A stretch of 64,000 bases of DNA from Lama glama (taxonomy: Eukaryota), in the NCBI GenBank assembly GCA_028534125.1, contig CM052822.1:68572001-68636000 (forward strand), in the 5' to 3' direction. Position 1 is the stretch's first letter; each line of letters starts with the position of its first letter. Shown here one piece after another: positions 27,987 to 38,670 of this stretch. The notes below the pieces were generated by a model. The model searched no databases and was not told the DNA's origin. It saw only the letters and a list, made by a program, of their open reading frames with translations. The translations under genes were made by a program, and so were the position numbers.

Positions 27987-28573
27987 TGTATTAGTTTTCT
28001 GTGGCTGCTGTAACAAATTACCACAAATATCTTAAATCAAAACGAATTTATTATCTTACAGTGATGTAGATTAGGAGCTCGACAGATTTCACCAGGTTAA
28101 AATCAAGGTGTCATCCATATTGCATTCATTTTGGGGGAGAATCTATTTCCTTGCTCATTTTGGTTGTTGGCAGAATTCAGCTCCTTGATATTGTAGGACT
28201 AACGTCCCCATTTCCTTGCTCATTGGTGGCTGAGGGGATCGTTTCCAGGTTCTACAGACTGCTCAAATTCCTTGCCTTGTAGCTCTTTTTTTCCCATCCT
28301 TCAAAACCTGCAGTGGGGGCGAAGTTTCTCTCTCATGCTTTGAATCTCTGCTGCCTCTTCTGGTGTCACATCTCTCTGGCCAAATATTCTGCCTTCCTCT
28401 TCTGAGGGCCCATGTGATTACATTGGTCCCACCCAGACAATATGGGAAAATTTCAAGGTCCATTAACATAATCACATCTGCAAAGCTGCATTTTCCATGT
28501 AAAGTCACATGTTCATGGGTTCTGAAGATTAAGGTGTGGACATTTTGAGGGGAGCATTATTCTGCCTAACACA
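27987..28573 (-). mobile_element. MaLR MLT1-type solo LTR
   Basis: Starts tgtattagttttctgtggctgctgtaacaaattaccacaaa and ends cattattctgcctaacaca, the typical MLT1 termini. Confidence 0.75.
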
Positions 28574-29515
28574 GACACCATTAAAGTATAGATTGTATTT
28601 TAAACCTTGGGAGTAGAAAATATTGCCCAAGAATAGTGTGTGATTGTTTCCTGAATGTTCATCTGCTGGGAGATTACTTTACCCTTCCTTGTTCTACATG
28701 ACACCGTCTCTTGGGAATCCTGAATTCTTCCAAATCTGGAACATCTGGAGAGGTGTTTTACCAAGTTCTCCACCAGAGGACTGGTACCTGCTTTCTTGAC
28801 CTTGGTAATCCCATGGTCTGTGGCTAAACCAGTTTCTGCCCTTCCTTCACCTCCTCTCAGCCATCTCTACCTCTTAAGCTCTGCTGCTGCCCTGGTACTG
28901 GACTCTTCTTGGATCTAGGTGACTTCTTCACCTTGCTCTGGAGCTACCAGGGCCTCCTTTTGGACTTGATTTGTGGTGGTTGTCACTGAAGTTTCTTTTT
29001 CACTTACACCCATCCACTAGCTCCCTCCCTGCAGCATGCTGCAATCAGAGTAGCACTGAGGTGAAGCATGACCATTCTGAGAAGAGTTTATTTCAGCATC
29101 CAAGATCTTAGCCACAACTATGAGCGTTTCAAGCCCTTTGAATGACAAGAGAGGTAGCAGGAAAATAGAAGCCAACATCTACTTTGAAGCTATGGGCTCA
29201 CCTGTAGTTTTGAGGCTAATCGCATGGGACTGAGAATCTGACATTTTGGGGTTCCATTCCAGGCTCTGTCTACCAGCTATAGATAAGTAACCTCTTTTAG
29301 TTTCAGTTTTCTCATTTGTACACTGGGAATAAAAGATAACCTAAAAGGCTTGTTAAGAGCATTAAGTGAGATAACGGATGTAACCCACTACTGTGTAGGA
29401 AGCGCTCATTTCCTGTTTCGTTCTTGGTGCTTCAGATCATTTTGGGATATGGGTACAGATACAAACAAGACATAGGATACGCGTATGATACGTCCAGATG
29501 TTTGTATTTGGACAT

Positions 29516-29521
29516 TTTATT
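29516..29521 (-). terminator. Probable PRSS37 polyadenylation signal AATAAA
   Basis: TTTATT on the + strand ~75 nt beyond the stop codon, followed on the minus strand by a GU-rich tract (tgtttgtatctgt). Confidence 0.7.
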
Positions 29522-29594
29522 TTGGATTTGGGGAAAATTGTGGTTTGTATCACCAATGGCAGAGTCAGGGGGATGCAGAGGGAACAGCATGGTC

Positions 29595-29735
29595 TCATTT
29601 GTCTTTAGCGATTTTCTCAATCCAGGGTATATACTTGTGAACGTCGGTGTAGATGCCCACATCTCCTCCCATGAAGTGTCCGACCTCGATCCCCTGGAGC
29701 TTGTCTTTGCAGATGACAGTAGCAACGGCCACCTC
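29595..29735 (-). CDS. PRSS37: PRSS37 exon 5 (terminal); catalytically inactive testis serine protease
   Basis: 141 nt, [46 protein letters not shown]. Exons total 34+142+254+137+141=708 nt = 235 aa plus stop. GDSGGP is replaced by EVAVAT. Confidence 0.95.
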   Translation of the reverse strand, partial: EVAVATVICKDKLQGIEVGHFMGGDVGIYTDVHKYIPWIEKIAKDK

Positions 29736-29750
29736 CTACCAGGGATCGTG

Positions 29751-29790
29751 CAGAGAGAGACAGACAGAGACAGAGACAGACACAGAGACA
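29751..29790. repeat. (AGAGAC)n-type repeat at the PRSS37 exon 5 acceptor
   Basis: cagagagagacagacagagacagagacagacacagagaca; pyrimidine-rich on the coding strand. Confidence 0.8.
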
Positions 29791-30298
29791 GCTATGGTCA
29801 GATTTGCTCCTTACAGGAGCCCTGTAGTCAACTGGGATGAGCCCTGTCTGGAGGTAACATGCTCCTTGTCATGAGAACACTGAATCGGGATGCAGGAAGC
29901 TTGAGTCATTTATCTAGCTTTACTGTCACTAGCCTTCTGTGACCTTGAGAAGGTCAGAGAAAACCCTTTCTAGAACTTAAGTATAAAATGAGTGAAAAAC
30001 TCCATTTATTTGAATTGGTGAAGGCAGTTTCATTGTATGAAAAGTCTGAATTTTTTTTTTTAAGCAATACCCATTTTCACTGACAGCCATGTGAATAGGA
30101 ACCAGGAGTTACTAACTACGGTACTGCCTGATGCCCATTAACCGACACATTCGTCTGTAAGGAGAGCCCTTTGCTGGAGCCTTATCAAACCTCCAAGAAT
30201 GATGAGGATGAGGCCTTTCTATTTTTTTAAATATCATGATTAAATAGCTAACTAGACATATATGAGTAAGTGAAGGCTGAATATAGAGAAAAGATTAC

Positions 30299-30435
30299 CC
30301 CAAAAAGTCGATTGAGCACTTTCACAAATTTAACACATAAGGAGTTCCTGTGGCTTCTGCCCTGTTCCACCTCCTGGCATTCTGCATCAGACATCACAGG
30401 GGCCTCCAGGTTCTGCCTTAAATCAGGGTGTCTGC
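30299..30435 (-). CDS. PRSS37: PRSS37 exon 4
   Basis: 137 nt, [46 protein letters not shown]; acceptor ctcag, donor gtaatc. Confidence 0.95.
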
Positions 30436-31019
30436 CTGAGAGAAGACAGGGATAAAAGACCTTCAGTTCACGATTGTTATTTGGCCCTCCAGTCACCACC
30501 CTCTATTTCAACTGGTGTTCTTTTTGTGTGTGTGTGTGTCAAGAAAACAATGAGAAAAAGGGAAGAAATGAGCTTGTGCATGGTAATGAGTTAATCCTGA
30601 GAATCTTGAAATAGGCTTTATGTCTCTTTAAAAAGTAGGGTCTCAGTTTTACTCTGTGTCCTATCTTGGAGAAATTAGAGGTGTCCTAACTCAAATTCAG
30701 GTGTCCTCTATGTGTGCAATGAGCCCGTATGGGAGGGAGGAGCACAGCCTCTTTAATGTGAATTGTGCTCTGACAATCAGGAAGGCTGTGGCCTCTGTGC
30801 AGAGGCTGCCAAAAGCCCTGAAGAGGCAGTGGAGCATTAGATACTCTGGGAAAGGAGCAGCTTTGGACTTCTGGGAGGGTCTCTTTTTTGCCTCAGACCA
30901 CTCATGTAGTATCTCCCTTTGGTCTCCACCCATTCTCCTCCCTTCTCCGCCGTGCAAACATGGGTGCTCCTCTTCAGGGATAACAGATGACCCCGATTTC
31001 CTGTGGGAGGTGCACTCAC

Positions 31020-31273
31020 CGATGTTATCTTGGCTCCAGTCCAAACCTGAAATCAGACAGACGGTGCCTGGCTTGACGGCCTTTGTGGCGAGGGGAAGGA
31101 GCTGGACTTTGTGGTTGAGGTTGGCGGGCTTAGCCAGCTTAATGAGCATGAGGTCATCCTGGGGGGAACTATGACTGTAGTTCCAGTAGCGGATAATCTG
31201 GATCGGGTTCAGTATCTGCTCTGTCCCATCTCTGACTCTGGTCCTGAAATTTCCTAGCATCACTTTCAGATTT
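31020..31273 (-). CDS. PRSS37: PRSS37 exon 3 (Asp motif DDLMLIKL)
   Basis: 254 nt, [19 protein letters not shown]...[12 protein letters not shown]...GLDWSQDNI; acceptor ctgcag, donor gtgagt. Confidence 0.95.
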
Positions 31274-32259
31274 CTGCAGGGGTAAGGGGTTGGAAGAAAT
31301 ACTGTCGTCATCAAAGCTGATACTGAATGTTGCAGGGTGCCAGGTACGGTGCCAGGTGCTTCATCTGGATTCGGGATTACCTCATTTACCACTCACAGCA
31401 AATCTCTGAGCTGGATTCTATTTTGAATCCCCATTTTCCAGATGAAGTAATGGAGGCACATAAGGGTATTCACCCACGGTCACACAGTTAAGTGGTGGAG
31501 CCTTTAACCACTATGTGTTCATCTAATGTCTGTAATGTAGCAGAGAGGAGAAGCATGCAAGTCATAGAAATACTATTTTCCCTCCTCCCTAGCTCTAGCC
31601 TGTCCAGCTGGGCACTTCCATTCTGGTGGGGGTGAGAGAATGAGATGACTCGAGTGTTGGCTCTCTCCTGCTGGCATCATCAGAGCTACTGACAACCCTA
31701 TTTCATCCTACTCTGTACTCCGGAAGGTGGTACATGTGAATGAAATCAATGGGCTTTCTTGTCCTCTGGTGTCTAAGTGGGTTTTGGCCAATAAGAAGCA
31801 AGAGAAAGTATTTGGAGGGAGAAGAGTGAGGCTGGAGTATTTGTCCTCCCATCTTCCTTCCAGCAGGGTTGCCGCAGATTGCCTGCTGGCTGTTTATTGA
31901 TTAAAGGTTACAGCTCCTATCAGGCAGTCTCTCCACGCAGAGCTTTCTCTCCCCTGGCCCCTCACCTGCTCTTTATTTCCCCTTCCCGCCTTGTAATCAT
32001 TCTCTCCCCCCATCCCTTATACTTCTAGGGGTAGTAACTGCACCTTTCTAATACTAAACCTGGGGGGACTGAACTGTTCTTTGTGTTTTCCCTGTAACTA
32101 GACCATACCTTTGTTGTAAGTTCTTTTTATAAATTCTCGATCCAATCAAATTTGAATTTACCATCAGTTACCTGCTGGTCCTTAACTGACAAAACACATT
32201 CACATGGCCAGCAAAAAACTTGAAAAACCTATGGAAGACTGAGGAGGCATAATACGTAG

Positions 32260-32500
32260 AGCAGGGCTCCTCGGCAGTGGCACTATTGATGTTTTGGGCT
32301 GGATAATTCTCTGTTGTCGGGGGCTGTCCTGTGCATCGTAGAGAATTCAGCCGCATCCTTGCTCTCGCCTCTATTGGCTAGGTAGATGCCATTAGCGCAG
32401 CCCTCCCCTCACCCCTCCCTCCAGTGCGACAACCAAAAATATCCTCAGACTTTGCCAGATGTACCCTGAAGGGAAAAGTGCTTCTGTCTGAGAGCCACCA
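32260..32500. mobile_element. MER20-like hAT DNA transposon in PRSS37 intron 2
   Basis: ggcactattgatgttttgggctggataattct...caaccaaaaatatcctcagactttgccagatgt resembles the recalled MER20 consensus. Confidence 0.7.
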
Positions 32501-32551
32501 ATGCAGAATGAGTACTAGCTGTTTTAGTGGGTGAAGGTGCCCAACACTCAC

Positions 32552-32693
32552 GGTAAGTAGCAGTGAGCAGGGGCCAGCACCCAGCTGCTTTTGATGAGGA
32601 CACCCACACAGGGGTTGAAGTGGGACTTGAGGTATACCAAATAGGGAGCATGGTCTTCCTTCTGCGCGGATGAGTGAGCGGACAAAAATGTCC
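32552..32693 (-). CDS. PRSS37: PRSS37 exon 2 (catalytic His motif)
   Basis: 142 nt, [48 protein letters not shown]; acceptor ttctcag, donor gtgagt. Confidence 0.95.
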
Positions 32694-34110
32694 CTGAGAA
32701 AATAATATACATAAGATGTTCTTAGAACAAATAAGACAGTCAACAACTTCCTAGCTGAAAAGAGATATGCACGATTTTAAAGAAGTAATCAGTTGGCCAG
32801 GAAATGTGAAGATGTTTGACATTTTTTTCTAATAAGCATGCAAATCAAAGTGACATACCATTTTAGCATGATTTATAATAAATATCAGAACTATGAATGT
32901 CCAATACGATAATGTTGGACATTGAAATGAAAAAGCGCATGAATAAATGGAACATCATATATATTAAAATTGTATTTATAAAGAATATTAAACAGCAAAG
33001 GAAATATTGGTAACCTTTCTTTAAGTTAAAAAATAATAAAAATGTACATTTAATCCCTTAATCTGATTGTCTAAAAAAAAGTAAATAAACAAAAATAAAC
33101 CATTAAAAATAAACATATGAAACGTGGAAGTAAGTTAGGGAATAAATTCAAACAAAGCATTGGCAAGTGTTGACTGGGAGGTGAGATTATGAATGATGTT
33201 TATTTTTTCTACTTTTTAGTATTTCCAAATCTTCTAGTATGAACATGCGGTGCTTTTATAAATGAATTATCAAAAAGAAAAAAAAATTAGAGAAGAAAGG
33301 AGAGGAAGGCTGATTCTAGTCTCCGAAATAGTGTTCTTGTCTCAGCTGCCCTTGGTTCTTATGCCAGTCCTCCCAAGCCTAGGCCTGGACCTCTGTGTGG
33401 TCACACAATTAGAAACCACATAGGGAAAAAGGTGGTGTATTAATAAGGAGAAGAGATATTGAGCGCTTGTTCTAAGTGCTTTACATGGATTTATTCAATC
33501 TTCACAACAGCTCTATAATGTAGATTAGTAATATGCCCACTTTGACTGTAGAAACTGAAGCACAGGTAGATTAGTCAACTTGTCCAAGCTCACCAGGCTA
33601 ATTTGTGATGCAACCTAGGCAGTCAGGGAGTGGTGGGAAAGGCCTCGCCTGCAAATTCTGCCATCAGAAGAACTTCGTGGTCGACAGGGAGTGCAGGAGG
33701 AAGGGCCCTTGCATTTGACCTTTCGTTCCCACCTTCTCCACTCCCTGCCTTCTGAGTCTGTAAGCTTTTGAAAAAGGGGGGAGATCAGAGGTCATCTGTC
33801 CTTGTGACTACACTGAGACTTATCCACTGTGTGATGGGCCCACATTTTGGAATAACCAGGGTGGAACACTCACTGTTGAGCTTTCTCCAAGGCAGGTGTA
33901 CACCATAACGTACCCCTTAGCTTAGCACAGGGGGCTCAGCCTGTCTTGAGAGCGTTTGACTGGGGTCTGAGCAGGGAGACCCTTGTTCTGCTCATTCTGC
34001 AGTTTTTCTTGCCTCTCTTTTTGCACCTTCTGCACATCCTGCATCTGCCTTACTCCATCCTACATTAGCCTGTTCCTTATAGAACAGAGCAGAAGGTCAT
34101 GGATACATAC

Positions 34111-34144
34111 CAGCAAGGATACTCAAACAGAAGATAAATTTCAT
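34111..34144 (-). CDS. PRSS37: PRSS37 coding exon 1 (signal peptide)
   Basis: 34 nt, MKFIFCLSILA+G, donor gtatgt, phase 1. Confidence 0.9.
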
Positions 34145-37100
34145 AGCAGTCCAGATCTTTCCCTGTGAGGTGTGGAAGGTCAGAAGAGCATGGACCTCTC
34201 AGCTCAGTCTTCTCCTCGGGAACACCTGGGAGAATCGTGGATGTGGTTGGGGATGGGGACATGTGGTGAGGTTGGAAAGAAGCTCTGGGCAAAAACAGGG
34301 AGGAATAAGAGGGCTCCCTACAGACAGATGGAGGCCCTACTGCTTCAGGGAAGGTGGAGAGGGGGGAACTGTGCCTCTATTGGGGTCTCTCAGGAAGGAC
34401 AAAGAAGCCTAGTTCCTAGACTTCTGGATTCAGGTCCCTCTTTGCTGTCCCTAGAAGTCCATCTGCCTAAAAGTAGTTCAACTGCCTGTGGGAAAGGGAG
34501 CTCTAGGCTCAAGACTTATTTCCCCATGGAGTTTCTGAGGCCAGGGCTGTGGAGGACAGGATTCCCCACCTTAGTTCAGGAAGGCAGTGTCCCTTGGTTT
34601 ACTCTGAACCCCTCGATGGTTACTTATACTTCCCATGAGCCCCTCCCATCTTTATTACACTGGCTTCATCTTTCCCTGTGATCACTATTTCATCATTCAG
34701 CCATCATCACCAGCTTGGTCTGGTTGTTGTGATCAGCAGCTTTGAGCTAAGAAAATGTGAAAATAAAAAGCATTCATAGAGCAGTTTTGACAGATGGGGA
34801 ATGCTTTATATTCTAGATTACATTCGATCTAAGATCTACTGAATGATTGGTGACAATTTAGAAGGCAGGACCTCTAAATGCTATTTACCTCATGAAAAGA
34901 TTTCTCACCTAATCATAGACTGCCACTGTCATTGGATAATTGGGAGCACACTCTAACAAGAAAAAGAGCAGCGACGCTAATAGCTCACATTCATTGAGCA
35001 CTTACTGAATCCCAGGCACTGAGTTAATTCTTTACAGGCATTGTTGGTGGAGATTTTATATCAGGTTAGTCTGAGATGTAAAAGTAAACACTTTGTATAA
35101 TTCCGAACATTCAAAATTTCTTAAACCTATAATCTCATTCCAGTGTCACAACCACCCTGGATAGAGGACAGGGCTGGGGCTAGTATCATCCCCCACCCCA
35201 ATCTATGGGTGACAGAACTGAAACAAAGAATTTGAATGATTTTCTCAAAATCACACGTGACTGAAAAGACTAGAAGTCGAATCTATGTATGACTGGATGC
35301 CCACAACTTTTCAACCACATCCTCCAGACTTCAGCTAATTAACCAGCATCCATGGATCTTGGAAAGCTTTACAGTCCCTCACACAAATTCCCTGAAATGC
35401 AGAATGAAAAATTGGCACATACTTTCCTGAACCTCACAACAAACACAGGGGTACGTTGGAAGTTGGGCTGGTTTATGAAATACACTCGAGGTTTGAAGAC
35501 AAGATGGAGTTGTGGAAGGTTTTCTGTCGTGGGACTGGGCTTAGTTAAAACAGGTAAAACTTTGAGAAAGAGATATGCTTTACTTTCAGGTTGTTTTTCC
35601 TAGATCTTTTGGAAAGATTCTGGGCCAGGAAGGGAGTTTGAGGCTGGTTTTGGCGTACGAGGACTGAGAACAGAAAAGCAGATTTTCTGGAGGAGTTGGC
35701 GCTGGGAACCACTACCTGTTGATGAGTTTCAAACTGGTGTCTCTAGCCCAGAGCTCTGGTCCCACATATACAACTGCCTCCTGTAAACCACTGTTTGCAT
35801 CTTTTTTCTGCTCCTGAAATTTAACAAGTCAAAATTAAACTCCTCATTCTTCCAGCCTTTCAAATTCATTCTTCTGCCTGTTTTCCTTAGTTTAGGAGAA
35901 AACTCTACCTTCCACTTGTTTAATTTTTCTGTTTTTGCGACCACACAACCCCAAAGTCCATTCTACTTCCTGAAATCTCTTAAATTCATCCATATCTTTC
36001 CATTCTCGCTGCTGTCACCCTAATCCAAGTCATACTCTTGTCTCGCTTGAACTAATGCATGTGATTTTCTACTGTTGCTCAACTTGACATTCTTCTACTC
36101 AGATTTTTTTTCTAAAATGTAGCATCTCTGAACCTCAGTTTCCTTATGTGCAACATGAAAAACATAACTTCTAAGTTTTAAGACATAATTTCTAAGTTTT
36201 AAGAACATGTGAAACATCCTAAACCTGTGTTAGAGTGAGTGGAGTTAACCAAGTGAAGTGAGGTGGATTGTTTCAGACAGAGGACCCAGCCAGTGGACTG
36301 GAGTGCAGAGGAAGGAAGTGGACTGAGTCATTTGATTTTAGAAATGATCCTGGTCTGGGTGAAGGTCAATGTTTATTCTCTCTCTGGACCCTGGTTACAC
36401 CATCCCAGCAGGAGGGGAGTGCTGACTCATAATACCTCATTGTGAATAGGTAGGGTGAGGTTAACTTCCCTCCTCAACCATGCTGACATCTTTTGGGTGA
36501 AGATGGAGCTCTGTCACATGCCACTTACTGTCACCAAATAGGGGCGGAAGCTCAGCTCCCTCTGGCCCCTGCTCACACCAAAGGGGTGAAGGGAATTGAA
36601 GATTTGCATAAACTAGCACATTTCCATATTGAAGGTTTGGGATTGAAACTCAGCTCCCCACTGGGCTCTGCTTTACTAAGGGATGGAAGAAGCAGTGTGC
36701 TGACCAGCTCTGCCTTACACAGCCTTGTTCAGTCTCGTTGTTGTCAGATGGTGGTGAAGGCTCAGCAACCTGCTGGGTCCTCGGGACGCAGGGCAGGGCG
36801 TGGTGGAGGGAGGGAAGTAGAGCCCTGTTAGTCCAGCCTCGCATCTCCCCCTTTGCCCTCCTTGCCACTGGGTGAGGCTCAGCTTTCCCCTCTGCCCTAC
36901 GCACACCAGCCTGGTTGGGGATTTGGAGTATTGCCTGCTTCCACTGAGACTGGGGATGGAAGGTTAGCTCCCTGCTCAGCTCTGGTGAAGCCATGGTGGG
37001 TGGGCATTTTCCCACTTTTTTTAGAGTGGGTGTTGTCCAAAAGATTTCCTTTCCATTAGACCACCCTTTCCCCTTTCCCTTAGCTAAGGGGAGCAGGGTT

Positions 37101-38104
37101 TTGCTTGGAGGTTTTGTTTGTTTGCTTGCTTTTGGCCTTTGCCTGTCGGTGGTTCTGGGTTGCAGGCTGCTCCTGTGCCCTGTCCTGGATCTATGGAGAC
37201 ATAAAAAGTAAATGCAGGGTTATTGCTGCCATGTTTTTCCTAAAGTCCCCAGGTTTCTCGCAGTCCACTGTCTTCTTTTCAACGTTCAGAGTCTGCTTGT
37301 TCTGCCTGTTGTACAAGGGTTTTTAGTTGTAAAAGAGAGGAGCTGGGAGGAATGGGGTACTCACTCCATCTTGGATCAACTGGGAGTTGAGCTCTAATGT
37401 TTTGAGGGGTAGAAGATGAGAGACCAGTAAAGTAAAACAATGTGATTTTACACAAGTCAGGGGAATCTATTTCTAAGAGGAGGGAGTAGTTATGTGTTCT
37501 GTGTCTGTGAGAAATTAAGATATATCAAAAAAATAAAAAAGAAATTAAAGTTAAAGCTGCAGACACAATGAAGACAGATAGTTGCTTTAGTATGGAGTTA
37601 AGATTTGCCCAGCTGAAGTATGACTCAAGGACGTTAGCACAAGGGAGTTCCAAAGAATAATAAAAGCATAGTTCAAATGATGAATAAAGGAATCTAACTT
37701 GGGTAGAGAGGGAAGTAGAAACTTCTAGACAGGGTCTGACTGGAAATGGAGAGGAAAAAAAGAGTCAATATGTAAGTTTCCAATGAGCTGTTAGAATCAG
37801 TGACTTTGTAAAGCTCTGTTCCAAGTCACAGTACTTTCGGTCCCAGGGCATCAGGGCTTTGGTGGGAAGAAACCTGGACACGTGTAGAGTCAATGACCAA
37901 TATTTAGTTGAGGGGCTCATCCGGGTCCATAACTCAGTTGTAAGTAGGACAGGACCTGTTCTTCAGCTTTCCTTGGAAGTCCCAGTGGCTTGAAAGGACT
38001 CTGGGTATCTTGCTGCTAGAGATAAGTTGGAGCTAGTGGTAGTGCAGGCTTAAAAGCTAACAAGAGATGGTCTGGAATCAGGGATACACTGTGGGAGTTA
38101 AATA

Positions 38105-38670
38105 GACTTAGGTTTATATCTGTTAATCCCAAATTCCTAATCTATCCATCCTCACCCCTTCTCCTCCTGGTAACCAGTTTGTTTTCTATGTCCGTGAGTC
38201 TGTTTCTGGTTTGTAAATAAAATTTGTGTCTTTTAATTTTTTAAGATTCCACATATAAGTGACTTCATATGATATTGTCTTTCTCTGTCTGACTTCACTT
38301 AACATGATAATCTCTAGATCCATGCATGTTGCTGCTAATGGCTTTATTTCATTCTTTTTGTATAATTATCCTCCTATAAAAGAACCAAATGTGTGTGTGT
38401 AGCTGTATATGTTTTATGTTTTGTTCTGTTTTTTGTTGTTGTTGAAGTATTGTTGACTTACAATATTATATTAGTTTCTGGTGTGCAATGGGGTGATTCA
38501 GTTTTTTATATATATATACACATACACACACACACATATATATACATTTTCTTTTTCATGTTCTTTTCCATTGTGGTTTATTGCAGGATGTTGAGTATGG
38601 TTCCAACCTGTGCTATACTGTGGGACCTTGTCGTTTATCTATTTTCTATGTAGTAGTTTGTCGCTGTATA
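38105..38670 (-). mobile_element. L1 3'-end fragments
   Basis: agattccacatataagtga...tctctagatccatgcatgttgctgc and ttgacttacaatattatattagtttctggtgtgca. Confidence 0.7.

Noticed and set aside
30697-31392. 231-aa ORF as a single-exon protease
   Set aside because: Only 31020-31273 is coding (PRSS37 exon 3); the rest is intronic read-through past clear splice sites.
33919-34050. Gln/Lys/Glu-rich minus-strand reading (MQDVQKVQKERQEKLQNEQ...) in PRSS37 intron 1
   Set aside because: Short, purine-biased, no recognisable homology or convincing exon boundaries.
36530-36580. ctggcccctgctcac (LAPAH) matching PRSS37 exon 2 in the opposite orientation
   Set aside because: A 15-nt match with no following Cys, no flanking protease homology and no splice sites; probably chance.
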